Source: the human T2T-CHM13v2.0 reference genome, Homo sapiens. From it: a stretch of 64,000 bases of DNA. Shown one piece after another: positions 28,774-42,430 of this stretch (the stretch's first letter is position 1; every line of letters starts with the position of its first letter). Location of the stretch: NCBI RefSeq assembly GCF_009914755.1, contig NC_060927.1; one strand, 5' to 3'. Below the pieces are notes generated by a model. The model was given only the letters and a program-made list of their open reading frames with translations, was not told the DNA's origin and did no database searches. The position numbers and the translations under genes are program-made.

Positions 28774-31051
28774 GGGGACTTGGGATGGAGCAAGACAGTG
28801 GAATAGAAGGCACTACAAATTGCTCCCATCCCCACCCAGGACACCAATTTAACAACTATCTACACCAAAAAAAAAAAAAAAAAAAAAAAAGCACCTTCAT
28901 AAGAACCAAAGATAGGGTGAGCACTCGCGGTGCCTGGTTTTAACTTCATATTGCTGTAAAAGGCGCTGAAGAGGTAGGAAAATCAGTCTTAAATTGCTGA
29001 CACCCACCCCTCTGTTCCCGCACCTGGCAGTGGTGGTTTGGCACAGAGAGGGAGATCACAGCAACTGTGAGGCATTGAACTCAGTGCCACCTTATTATAG
29101 CAGAACACAAAACCAGACCAAATTCAGCCGGCAACTGCCCACAGGAGGAGCATTTAAACCAGCCCTAGCTAGAAAGGAATCCAGATCCCAGTGGTTGGAA
29201 CTTGAGTTCCTGCAAGCTTTGCCACCATGGGCTACAGTGCCCTGGAGTCCTAAACTTGAAAGGCAGTCTAGGCCACAAGGACTGCAAGTCCTAGGCAAAA
29301 CCTAGTGCTGAACTGGGCCCAGAGTCAGTGGACCTGGCTGGTGGGTTGTAGGGGGGCCAGGGAGGACATGACCCACTGCGACACCAGCCAGGCTGGCTAA
29401 GGAAGTGCTGGCATCATCCCTCCCCAACCCCAGGCTGTACAGCTCATGACTCCAAAAAAGGCCCCTTCCTTCCTCTTGAGGAAAGGAGAGGGAAGAGTGG
29501 GGAGGACTTTGTCTTGCCTCTTGGTTACTAGCTCAGCCACAGCAGGATAGGGCACCAATCAGATTCATGAGGCCCTAGCTCCAGACAACATTTCTAGACA
29601 CATCCCAGGCCAGAAGGGAACCTGCTGCCTTGAAGGGAAGGACCCAATCCTGGCAGGATTCATCACCTGCCAACTGAAGTGCCCTTTGGCCCTGAATAAT
29701 CAGCAGTGAAACTCAGGTACTATGTCAGGACTTTGGGTAAGACTCTGAGACTTGCTAGTTTCAGGTAAGACTCTGAGACTTGCTAGTTTCAGGTAAGACT
29801 CAGCACATTGTCAGCTATGGTGGCTGTAGGGTGAGGCTCCTTCCACTTAAGAAAAGCAGAGGGAAAAGTAAAGGGGACTTTGTCTTGCATCTTAGGTACC
29901 AGCTCAGCCACAGTGGGGTAAGGTGTCAAGAAGTTTCTTGGGGTCCCTGATTCCAGGACTTGGCTTTTGGACAGTATTTCTGGACCTTCTCTGGGCCAGA
30001 GAGGAGCCCACTGCCCTGAAGGGTGAGTCCCAGGGCAAGCAGCATTCACCACAAGCTGACTGAAGAGTCCTTGGGCCTCAAGGAAACATCAGCAGTAGTC
30101 TGGCGGTACTCCCTGTGGGCCTGTGGTGGCAGTGGCCACAGGGTGAGGCTCCTCTGCCTTTAGAAAGGGGAGGGAAGAGTGGGAAGGACTGTATTTTGTG
30201 GTTCGATGTCAACTCAACTGCAGTACAATAGAACACTAGGTAGACTTCTGGGAGTCCCTGGCTCCCAGACAGCACCTCTGGACTTACCTGGGGCCTGGAG
30301 GACCTCACCACCCTGAAGTGAAGGACAAAGGCATGGCTGGCTTTGCCACTTGCTGATTGTAGAGCCCCAGAGCCTTGAGAAAACATAGGCAGTAGCTAGG
30401 AAGTGGTTACAGCAGGCCTTAGGCAAGCCCAGCACTGTGCTGGTTTATGGTTTGACCCAGGGCAGTCACAGTGGTGGTGGCCACAGGGATACTTGTGTCA
30501 CTCCACCCCCCAGCACTAGGTGGCTCAGAACAGACAGACTCTGTTTGTTTGGGAGAAAGTAGGAGAAGAGAGCAAAAGATTCTTCCTGGTGATTAAGAGA
30601 ATCCTCCCGGATCATGCCCAATACCATCAGGGTAAGTACGTTTATGAGTCTGAAAGAACCAGTGTCACTGAACATGGGGTGGCCACTAAAGCAGATACAG
30701 CTTAGATCACAACATCCAAGTTCCTTTGAATATCTGGAAAGCCTTCCCAAGAAGGACAGGTACAAACAAATCCAGACTGACAAGACTACAATAAACACCC
30801 AAGTCTTCAATGCCCAGACACAGATGAACCATCTACAAGTATCAGGGCCATCCAGGGAAACATGACTTCATCAAATGAACTAAGTAAGGCACCAGGGATC
30901 ACTCCTGGAGAAACAGAGATAATGTGACCTTTCAAACAGAGAATTCAAAATAGCTGTTTTGAGGAAACTCAGAGAAATTCAAGATAACACAGAGAAGGAA
31001 TTCGGAATTCTGTCAGACAAACTTAACAAAGAGACTGAAATAATTTTAAAG
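28774..31051 (+). mobile_element. Old L1 5' end (L1M1/L1MA-type 5' UTR plus start of ORF1), 3'-truncated
   Basis: ggagcaagacagtggaatagaagg...aacaactatctacacc...gcaccttcataagaacc; ORF1 start region atgacttcatcaaatgaactaagtaaggcacc...gaattcaaaatagctgttttgaggaaactc; 12-bp direct repeat aattatgaaaca at both ends. Confidence 0.85.
29736..29801 (+). repeat. Perfect 28-bp tandem duplication (2.4 copies)
   Basis: ggtaagactctgagacttgctagtttca x2 plus ggtaagactc. Confidence 0.95.
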
Positions 31052-33607
31052 AATTATGAAACAATCGTTTTGAAAGTGCCTGCCTTAGACCTCTGCAGTG
31101 GAGGTATGCTGCCTTTGGATTCATTGACTCAGTAAGATGTAGTGAAAACTGAAAACTATAATAAATCTCAACTCCTATGAGCAACACCCGATTAAATTTC
31201 ATTCTGGCTTTTGCACAATAGTGGCAATGGCTATAATCCAGAACATAAACAAAAACTCATATGGAAGCAACAAACACATTTTTTTAAATCATATGTTATC
31301 CCCAGCCCAAAGAACTCTTTGTCTAGGACTTTTGTCTGTGACTTATATTTATATTACTGAATAACTCCACCCAGTGAACATGAAGAACAGATGAGTACAA
31401 AAAGGCAACATTTACATAGTCTAATGATTCCCATATATGGACAGTAGATATGCACGCTAAGAAGTCTGGCAATTCTTTTTTTTTTTTTTTTTGAAATTGA
31501 CTTAGTGAGATGGTGACAAGTGAAGTGTGTGCATGATCAGTCCCATGATAACTCAGACATTTACATTTACATTCTCATCTCTTGAAAATCAAGCCACTCA
31601 TTCTCTATTGCCAATTTGCTTTAAACCAACATGTCAATAATGGGCAAACTGCCACAAGTCAAATTTGCTAAAAACAGAACCATGGCATAAATAGAAACCA
31701 GAGCTTTAACCACTGCTAATGCAATGTGAAAGTTAATAAGAACGACACAAGTCTTAAACCTCTTGCTTGTTGAAGCTTACTCTAGGGATTTGACAAACAA
31801 TGATAAACAAGGACCAGAAAAAATCCATTCAGACTGTCACTTGAAATATGGGTTATTCCACATCTCCACGTTGATTATCCTGCTAATGTAGATTGTCTCT
31901 AGTTAAACTTACAACATGTGCTGACCCTCTTTGCTACCCAATACATCCTGTTTACTGTGTATTTGTGTATGAGTGTGGGGCTTACCTAGTTTCTCCAGAT
32001 GGGAGATGAAACCAGATTTGAAATCCCCATTGGGTCTTCCTACTTCTTTGCCAACTCCTTAAAAGTTTTGCATAATTCAGATTTTTATAAAGACTAGTCA
32101 AGAAGAACTGATTCTATACTATTAAAAGGTTAACAAGAATTTGCCAGTATACAATACGTATGACATACAACCATGAGGGTGTATATGTGAAATTTACTAC
32201 CAATCTGCTTCTCCTTTAATAAGGACAGCTTGAGTCATATACTCTACACATTCTTGGTTTTCTCCTTTTCCTGTTTCCAACCACTATGTCATTTTTAATC
32301 CAGAACCTGGCACCATGAGGTTTTATCTCTTCACCCTTGATGCTCTCGCTGACTCAACACTACACCCCAATTTCCATCCTGCCTGTCCCCATCAGACTTA
32401 GTACCACTGTCATTGTGTCCATCACTCATATTTTCCACACATATTTATTGAACACTATTTTGTGTTCCAAGCACCATGGTAGGCACTGAAGATGTAATGG
32501 AGAAGACACTGATATTTGACTCTCAGCTCTTCCTAACAGATCAAGTCTCAGTCTTGTTTCTCCAGCTATGTCTCCTGAGTCTTGAATAGTTCAGTGCTCC
32601 AAGATGACCCCTTGGCCCACTAGCTGGCATTAATCATTAGGTAAACATTTCAGCCAAATTGACACTGATCCTCCAGCAGGGGGAAAGAGGATATCTGTAC
32701 AATGTCAGAGCCTCTGTCTTAGAGCGGCACTTCAGCATCCCACCACACTGTCCTGTCTCTTCCTGGTGTCAGGGCAGATGCTACAACACCCTTGAAGCCT
32801 CTCAGCCTGCAATTGCTTAAAGGTCAGTGTTTACAGTTGAAGATTTGTATATATCTTATTTATTTTTTTTTTACTTTGGTTATTTTTATTTCTGCACCTA
32901 ACAACTTTATATAAATCTGTGTCATTCAAGGACATCAGGAAATGAATCTGTTTGGTACCACTCACTCCTTTCCCATATAAAAAGTGGGGGCGGAGGAAAG
33001 TTTTCAAACCATTCAAAATGAGTTGCCTATATGCAGAATTTCTAATAAATCTGTACCAAATTCTCTGCTATAAATGAGATGTTTTGGCTGGTTTTCAATA
33101 AGGACTCTTTTTCTCCTAATTCCATTATGATCTAACATTGAATTAATCTGTTTTACACAGGCAAATAAATGCATTTGGCATGTTAATGCTGAGTCTGAAG
33201 CATATTTCTGTCCATATGGGACAGTATCTGAAATCATGCAGAAATCACTATACACATTAAAAACACTTCCTCTGGACAGAGTGCTGAAACGGAGAAAAAT
33301 GTTTACAAAATAAAAAACAGAAAAACTCTATATAAGAATTACTCGGTCATGGATCTGTGTTCTCTTTACACAGATCACTGAAACTCATTAAATTTTTTGA
33401 CATACTAAGTCACGACTATTGATATAATGTGTCTCATTTCTCATCTACCAAGTTTTAAAATACTACTTGCCCTATACTAATCATAGCCAATGAAAATGGA
33501 ATGAGATGATACATATGGAATTTCTTTGAAAAGCCTCAAGGCCTTTCTGTATTTAAGAGAGAGTGGTGATGTTGGTATTGGTGGTAGCACCAGTGGTGGA
33601 AGTGTAG

Positions 33608-33879
<272 letters not shown>

Positions 33880-33899
33880 TTGTAGCCATTTTTTTTACA

Positions 33900-34200
33900 G
33901 TCTCCCTCATTTAAGGCCCACAGAGCATTAGTTCCGTGAGAAGCCCCTCAGATGGCAGGCAGAGTGTGGGGTTGGTTTTGCAGTCAAATAACCTCAGAAA
34001 ACCCTATATATGACATTTAACTTTTGAAATTTGAAAAGGACATTAGCCATTCAAGGATTAGAATAGCCTTACAATAAAGAACTATGTTTAATTTTAATAA
34101 TGCAGAATTTCTAAGACATAAATGGATTAGAAATATTTTTTGCTACATAACATCTGTTAATATTCCAAGGCATTAGAGTTCCACAGAGAATCATTATTAT
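33900..34200 (-). mobile_element. hAT-Charlie DNA transposon remnant (MER103C-like)
   Basis: cacagagcattagttccgtgag...acattagccattcaagg...ttacaataaagaac. Confidence 0.45.
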
Positions 34201-34865
34201 TTAGAAGGAACATAGAATGAAATGTTCAACTGAATCAAATGCTTATCATAATAGGCCAACTCCTTCCCTTCATGAAACCCCAAATTCTTGCCTATACTAG
34301 CAGCATGCAAGGTGGGATTCTTAATTTATGAGAAAACCACTGATACTGGCATCCTCTTCAAAAATTAAAATCCAAGTTTGGGACCTAAAAACAATATCCC
34401 AAATGCCTATCATTTACATGTGCCTGTAGTATTTTTGTCACAAAGAGAAAAAATCAAAGGAAAATATATTCATGGATTTTAAAGACGTATATAGCCCTCG
34501 TCTCAAAATGAAAATAAATCAATACATGTTTATGAACAGGTTAGCCCTATACTAGGGCTTTGCATAACACAGCATTTCCTGCTTTCAAGGAGCCCGCAGT
34601 CTTTTGGACCCCTCTATTTGAGAAATATATGTTCTAGAAGGTAGAAGGAAGCACAAGATAACAAAAATTAAAATAATAGTTAATAGGCATTTGTTCAGAT
34701 ATAAACATAAGTTATGTTGATAAATGTCACCAGCTGTGAGAAACCCTCCTGGCCCAGCTACAGAGAGAGTGGGGAATGAAGATGCCCATCTGATCCTGAA
34801 CAGTGTCCTTCCTTTGCCATGTGGCCAGATGAGATCCCAATACCCTCCTAAAACTCTGTGATAAG

Positions 34866-35180
34866 TCAGGCTTGGTGGCACATGTCTGCAATCCCAACAC
34901 TTTGGGAGGCCGAGTTGGGAGGATTGCTTGATCCCAAGAGTTCGAGATCAGCCTGGGCAACATAGTGAAACCCCATCTCTACTAAAAATACAAAAAAAAA
35001 AAATAGCTGGGAGTGGTGGCACGTGCCTGTGGTCCCAGCAACTTGGGAGGCTGAGATGTGAGGATTGCCTGAGCCTAGGAGGTGGAGGTCACAGTGAGAT
35101 GAGATTTCACCACTGCACTATAGCCTGGGTGACACCGGGAGAACCTGTCTAAAAAACAAAACAAAACAAAACAAAAAAAA
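34866..35180 (+). mobile_element. AluJ with (CAAAA)n tail
   Basis: Dimer; ggattgcttgatcccaagagttcgagatcagcctgggcaacatag. Confidence 0.92.
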
Positions 35181-38125
35181 CTCTATACCCTATGATAATA
35201 AATACAGCACAGAAAGTCTAATAAAGACATATAAATGAAGTGTTCCAGAAAGAATGCAACATGCAGAAAGGATCAATTGAAAATGTAAGAGAATAAGGAA
35301 ATTAGAAAACAGAAGAAATGAGACTAAGAAAAATAAAATGAAACCAAGACAGAATGACACAAATTCCTTCTGTAAAATCCAAGAAGGCCAAAACTATGAG
35401 CTACAACTTACAGAGCTTCATGGGATCTGACAACTTTTTTTGCACAAGAATTTAAGTCTCATTTCTTAACAGGTCATTTCTCTTCCCACTCCCTTACCTA
35501 GTGATCTAAAATTCATTTAGTCATGTGCAATAGCTGTGATGTTCTGGCAAAGAGACTTACCTATTTCCTTATACATAAAATGAAACTCCAGGAGTTTGAC
35601 TTTCCTTCTAGGAAAACAAACCAGCTGCCAGAAATGAAGAGATCTGGTATTGGCACGCTCAATGTGCTCACAAAACCATATGGTGGTTCTAAGCCGAAAT
35701 GACAAGGGCCAACCATTATATGTCCACACTTAGGGAATAAATTCATAAATAATATAGAAGCCAAGGTATATGGGGCTCTAAATTTTCCCCCTCAATGTCA
35801 CAGAGACTCGCTAAGGATATCTTAGAAGATTATTTGTCTTTAAGGGAAATAAATGGGAACTAGTCACCATGAGGGTGTCAAGCCATCATAGAGGGTCCAA
35901 AAATAAGTGCTCCAGTTCTCAAGTGCATTCAGCATTAGGTGCAACTTTTGCTCAGTCAGTCAGGCAAAACTCTTAGTGTGCAGTGGTATTTACAAAAGAG
36001 TATATTCTGACCCTTTATATTTCAAAGCAATGTTGAAACACATCTGTTCAAATAACCCTCCCACCTTGACTGACTCACCTGGCAGGAAGAGTTAGTTTCC
36101 TGGCCAACAGGCAGCCAGACCCTCCCGATATTCAACCAAAATATATAAAGCATATCATTGTCTTTTCATCCCCAAAAAGCACAGAGATGAACCAAGCTTT
36201 TCTTTTCTGTGTGTTACTTAAAGATATTCTCTGTCTTACACCTGGCATTCTCAGTAACCACCTCAAAGCTCCCTCCAATGAGTAGACTCCATTAGATCTC
36301 CTATACAGCCCCATACTTATCTTGCCCATAGAATCTACCTCAGTGAAGGGAAATTATCTATTTCTCTTCCTCTCTCCCCTACCAGACTGTTTAAAATCCT
36401 CAAAAATGGGAAGCCAGTCATATTGATCTTCAGAACTCATTTCTATGACCCTGCAAGAAATGTACCAGGAAACTCTAAATGTTTGTTTTTGTTTTGTTTT
36501 GTTTTGAGCCAAATGGGGTAAAGGGGGCTGGGAATGGGGAAAGATAAGAGAGTATTTAATTATTTTTTAATCTCTGCAATCCACAGATTCATATTGACCA
36601 CCTTACTCTATGCTAGGCTTAGTGTCAGGAAAAAGGGTTAGGCTCTCAAGGAAAGAGCAGTAAAATTGCAAAGAAAAGAGGTTAGCATATGTATAAGACA
36701 AGGTAGACTATAAAAAATTGCATAAGAGAAGTACCAATTTTCCTGGGCAGTTCAGAAAACTAACCAGGAAGCATTTCCTGAAGGTGGCATGGAAGTAATA
36801 AAGGATTTGAGCATGTGTCTGTAGGTGGACCCAGCAGCAGGAGCTCCATTAGCGACCATGCAGGAGCTGAGAAGTTAATAACATTTTGAAAAGCAGATTG
36901 TTTCCCCTGACTGAAGCATAAATTATGTAAATCAGACCGGACATAAAGACTGGGCCTGAACCTTGGAAAGGGGCTTTGAATGCCAAACACAAATTTAGGG
37001 TTTTTTGTGAATGGTGTGATGCCATCAACAGGGTTTGAACAAGGGTATCACATAATTTTTGCCAGGTTTACGGTGATGACTCTGGAGGCAACATGGGAAG
37101 TGATCTGGGAATAGGACATGCCAGTCCCAGGCCAGCACACCTGTTAGATCTCTCATCTCAGACTTTCATTTTTGCCTTTCAAATCAGAGTTTTCATATCA
37201 TGAAAAATCTCAGGCTGTATAAGATATGATAACTCCGAGCAGAAAATACTGGATTTACTAAAATCGAACATGAGGTAAATAATAAGAACATAAGAGACTA
37301 AACCATGAGTAGAAGGAGCAGAAGATAGAAGATAAAGCAGAGATAATTATTCATCAGGGAAGTCTAGGATCAAGACAATTGTCGTATGGTAGCTAGGGTT
37401 CAAGATAGCACATAGCGGGAGTGAATTTTATTTCTACTGCCCTGGAAGGCTTTTTAGTTTTCTCTCCTTGAGTGGGAAAAAAAATACTTGGGCTACATTG
37501 CTCTCCCTCCCTTGCTCTGCCCCCATGAGAGAATCTCAACAATTAAATTTCTTAAGGAATTAAAAAAGGTTGAAGTGGCTTTAGTTGACATTGGTAATAG
37601 GGAGAGTGAAAGCTGGAAAAAGGGTTCAGAGACCGTAATAAAAGTCTAATAGTTTGGAAAACTAGAAAGAGCTACAGTAATTTAGTCTATAGCAAAAAGG
37701 GTGATCAAATTTTTCCTAATTAAATAAAGGGGTACAGCACTGGGGAAAAGGAACTGTTTACAGTAAGAGTAGAGAGTTTCTTAGGAAATCAAGCTAATGT
37801 GTTCAGACATCAAGTAAATCTGGCACAATAGGGAAAATTTTCAGAAACCAGAGATTTGTGTGGTGTGGTTACATTTTCATCCATCAAAAGGACAATACTG
37901 CTTGCTTCAGAAAAAAAGAGTTAAAAGGCTAATGGCTGAGCCTAGGAGATGCTTACCAAGCCCTGAAACTTAGAGAGGCAATGGTTGCAGTCAAGATCTA
38001 CTTAAGGAACAATGGTAAGCCCCACCTTTTGGGATTCTGTACCTAGGATACAAATAAGGTTTAATATTAAGGGGTACTCTCCTTGTAGCAAACACTGGAG
38101 TAATTAATTAGGAGCTCTTCCATGC

Positions 38126-38680
38126 TGTGATGGTTAATATTAGGCATCAACTTGCTGGATTGAGGGATGCCTAGATTGCTGATGAAGCATTGTTTCTGGG
38201 TGGGTCTGTGAGGGTGTTGCCAGAGGAGATGGACATTTGAATCAGTGGACTAGGAGAGGAAGACCCACCCTCAGTGCAGGTGGGCACCATCCAATCAGCT
38301 GCCAGGGCAGCTAGAACAAAGCAGGTGGAAGAATGGGGATAAGTAGCTTGCTTTCTAAGTCAGATTTCTCTTTCTCTCTTCCTGTGTGGTGCTGGAAACT
38401 CAGCTTCTCCTTCTGTCCTTGGACATCAAACTCCAGGTTCTTCAGCCTTTGGACTCTGGGAGTTGCACCAGCATCCCCCTAGGGGCTCTCGGGCCTTCGG
38501 CCTCAGACTGAGTGAGGGCTGCACTGTCAGCTTCCCTGGTTTTGAGGCTTTCAGACTTTGACTGAGCCATTACCTGCTTCTCTCTTTCCCCAGCTTGCAG
38601 GGGACTTCGCCTTGTAATCATGTGATTCAATTATCCCTAATAAACTCATATATATCCTACTGGTATGTGTGTGTGTGTGT

Positions 38681-38721
<41 letters not shown>

Positions 38722-38759
38722 CTCCTACTGGTTCTGTTCCTCTGGAGAACCCTAATACA
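38126..38759 (+). mobile_element. ERVL solo LTR (MLT2B-like)
   Basis: tgtgatggttaatatt...ctctggagaaccctaataca; 5-bp TSD catgc/catac. Confidence 0.9.
38665..38718 (+). repeat. (TG)n microsatellite, ~27 units with one interruption
   Basis: Read directly from the sequence. Confidence 0.97.
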
Positions 38760-38844
38760 CATACCTAAATTGAGCATGTGTATCATTGTATGTTGAGCTG
38801 ACTTCATGGGGATGTTGAGTGAGTGGAGTGCCCACCAACTGGCA

Positions 38845-39040
38845 CACAGCAGGCATCTGGAAGGTGGAAAGAACTTTAGAGAGGGTCTGGTTAAGCCTTC
38901 TTATTTTACAAATGCAGACACTTTTACAAATGCAAACACTGAGTCCAAAAAGGATAAAACACCTGCCCCAAGTTTTCACCTGGGTAGTTAGTGGCAGAGC
39001 GGGGACTAAACTCCAGATTTCCTGACTCTCCATGCACTGC
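38845..39040 (-). mobile_element. MIR with an 18-bp internal tandem duplication
   Basis: ttttacaaatgcagacac ttttacaaatgcaaacac tgagtcc...ttagtggcagagc. Confidence 0.75.
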
Positions 39041-39979
39041 TCTTTACAAAGCCAGCAGGAGCTGTGAGGCAGTCATCTGTGGGGTCACCTGCATCAGTCA
39101 GCTCTACCCTATGGGCCAACAGGAAAACAGTGACTCACAAAATCCAACGGTCCTTTGGAATGCGTAAGAGGTGTGCCTTTCTTCTGTGCTATAAAGCGTT
39201 TTCCATTTTTGTAAATAAAACCCCATTTTAAATGTCCTAGGAGAGCTGGCAATTTTAAGTGCCTTACGGACTACGATCATATTTGGTCATGCTTAGCATG
39301 GGCTAAGACTGATTGACTGATGAGTCATTTGATAGATGGAGAGCAAATTTCTGTACACCGTATTTCAAATTGTCAGATTTACTTCAAGTGAGCACACCTG
39401 TCTGTGACTTTTGCTTAGGCCAAAGCCACATTCATTTGCATTTTAAAGCTCTAAGGAGTGAAAGGAAGAATCAGAGCTTGAAATCTGGCATGGGCAGCAC
39501 AAACAAATAGTTAAAAATTAACTATTTGAGAACATAGATGTGAATGTGCAGTTTTTAAAGCCAGATCACACTGTTTTCCAATCCAGAAATCCTTGAAAAC
39601 TCAAGGATCTCATGGATCAGGTATATTATTTAGGGATAATGTAAAGCTACAGCAGGTGAGAAAGACACTGGGCTCCTCGGACACACAGAGAAGACATCAC
39701 TCTTTATGTGAATCCCATATGTCACCCTGGCCACACCGTGAGAGGGTCCTGCCTTCCTACCCCCTTCCTACAACCATACAGGACACTCCAGGGAAAACTG
39801 GGCTAGAACCACTACTGTTTCTGCCACCTTGCTCAGGCCTCCAAGTCTGCAGGATGCAGACACTCTGTTTTCTCTATTTCTAAGTATGCTATCAGTCTGA
39901 GATGCACAGGCAAGCATTTATCTGCAAAGCCACAATAAAGACCCTATATTCAAAGAAAAATGAAATCTTGAAAATATGC

Positions 39980-40430
39980 CACTTTCACCATGCCATTCTA
40001 TTGCTCAAAAGTCTTCATTGATTCTGCATTGCCTACAGAATATAGTTTATACTTCAGACTACTGAGGTGACCTCATCCCTCCTCATCCCTCCTCTCCATT
40101 TCTCAGCCTCATTGTTCTACCACATGGACCTTTCTATACAGTCATGCTGGCCAATTCACCACCTTCTGAATATTCCTGTGATTTCCCTGGTTGCACACAT
40201 ATCCTCCCTTGCCTGGAATGTACTACTGTCCATCACTCGTCTATTCAAATGCTACTTTCCATGGCTCAGCTCAAATGCCACCTCCTCCCTGAAGTCTCTT
40301 TACTAAAATTCAACTATCAGGATTTCATGCTTTTCTTCCTCTGTGAGAAAAGATGTCATATTTTCCTCTGCTTTGAATACCTCACATTGTCTGATATCCA
40401 TTCTTAATAAATATTTGTTAACTGATTAAT
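39980..40430 (+). mobile_element. L2 3' fragment
   Basis: gcctggaatgtact...ctcagctcaaatgccacctcctccctgaagtct...aataaatatttgttaactga. Confidence 0.7.
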
Positions 40431-41881
40431 TCTAAATAAACTCCAAAAAAGGGTTACATTTGCAAAGCTCTCAAAAGTAAGGTAATGATCTGTAGCTGTT
40501 ATAGCCACACAATGGAAACTTCAGAGCATCTAGTATGTTGTCATTGGATTCCTTTCCTTCCACAGAAGACCAAACTAGGTCATTTCAAACCTCAGTCACC
40601 TTCAGAGAGATTCTAGGAAGGGCACACTAAGAGTCAGCAAAGAGACGACATTCCTGGATTCCTGACTTGTTGTCCAGATCTGCTACTGAATCAGATTCAG
40701 GTAAGTGTGAATGGGAGAAATGAACTAATTATTAGTGCCATCCAAAAAAATGAAAGCAGTGCTTTTGTTATGTTGGCTGGTTTGAAAGGAAGAAAGAATT
40801 AAAAATAAGAAGAGAAATTCAGCCTACAGCCATCAATTGTCTTTTCTTCAAATGTGCTTTTCTTGCCTTTCTGGTATTTTTTTTTTTTCATACGTATGTG
40901 ATGGAACTGGAATGTTTGAGAAGAATTAACTTAGGATAGAAAAGATGATTTGTTGTAATCTGATAAGGGTATTTACTAACATACTTTATCACCCAGCTTC
41001 TCCTCTAAAAGTCCCATTTTGTTTCCCCAGAACACATTTCTTTGCTAAATTAAAAAGTTCCAAAAGTGGTATTGTGCTTGTAAAATCACATCTGATTTCA
41101 GCGTTATGTCCAAGAATAGATAATGCAGTCCTATTTCTAGGTCTAGTAACAAGTGTTACTCGTTTGACAGACTTCACTCAGTAGATTTGGCCACATCCTC
41201 AAAAGACATACTATTTGGGAAGAGGAAAACTGAGTTATGGAGGGTAAGAAGAGAGTAAAACCAAACAGCAAACGGGCAGAAAGTTGATGTGAAAGTTTTA
41301 GCTTTCTAAGCATTCATTAAACTAACAAATGCTGACCATTCTCTATTGTCAGTCCTCAATATTGCTGTTTATTCAATTAGCGAGACTATACATATTTATT
41401 GAGCACTTATTTTTTACTAGCTAGTAAGCCACTAGTTATAACTTTGTGCAGCCAAAAAATTATTGAATATAATTTGAATAGGGAACATAGAGATAAAAAA
41501 TTATAAAAAGGCGAATAATCAATAATGCAAAACATCGTGAGTAAATTTGAAAACTCTGGTGTCAAATTTGTGTTTACGATAAAAATTTTAAATTTTTTAT
41601 TTCATATATGATTGTTCTTGCCTCATATCCCGGGCACATGGGAGTTTATTTCGTTGACTCCCAGACGTAACCAATTGAGAATAAGCTTAGTTACAAAGGA
41701 AGTAATTGAGGCTTTGAGCTCTTGAAGCTAACAGATGGAAATACGTATGTAAAAACCTAAGTGCTGTGTAAACTCGGCACATATGGACGTAGGTATTATT
41801 ATTATCCAAATGGCACTACTGGGTATTTTCTTAATAGATTCTTTTAAAATGCTTTTTTATAGTTGTGGGCCTTTTTTAGAC

Positions 41882-42114
41882 GAATAGTTCTTAAGAAGAG
41901 GAGGGGATTTTGTCCCTCAGCGACATTTGGCTAAATCTAGAGACATTTTTTATTTTCACAGCTGGGTGGCGAGTGCGGAGTGGGTACTGCTACTGGCATC
42001 TGGTGGGTAGAGGCCACGGACACTGCTTAACATTCTACAGTGCACAGGAGAGGTCCCTACAACAGAGAAATATTCTCCCGAAAGTTTCAGTAGTGCTAAG
42101 TTTGAGTAATTCTG
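41882..42114 (+). mobile_element. MER20 (hAT-Charlie)
   Basis: ggggattttgtccctcagcgacatttggc...tgctactggcatctggtgggtagaggcca...ctgcttaacattctacagtgcacagga. Confidence 0.85.
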
Positions 42115-42204
42115 CTCTTCACCATCAAGTTTCCTTCTCTTGGAGCCTGCTACCAGCCAATGACATCAGGATCTAACCTGAGACGAACCTAGGTGTTCTA
42201 TACG

Positions 42205-42430
42205 GCAGCCTGGTGTACTGAAGAGTGCCTAAGGTTTGCAAGCTCGCTAGCTGTGGCTCCCCCTCTCGCTAGCTTGAGCTAGTTATTTAAACCCTTAGAG
42301 ATGCCTTTCTTTAAATTAAAAAAAAAATAAATAAATCTGCACAATATGAATCATACCTACCTCATAAGGTTGCGGTGAACACTGAATGAAGTACATATAT
42401 ACATATTCAGTACAAGTTCGTTCCTTTATT
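42205..42430 (+). mobile_element. MIR
   Basis: gttatttaaaccctt...atacctacctcataaggttgcggtg. Confidence 0.6.

Noticed and set aside
29736-29801. CRISPR-like direct repeats
   Set aside because: Head-to-tail duplication without spacers, in primate DNA inside an L1
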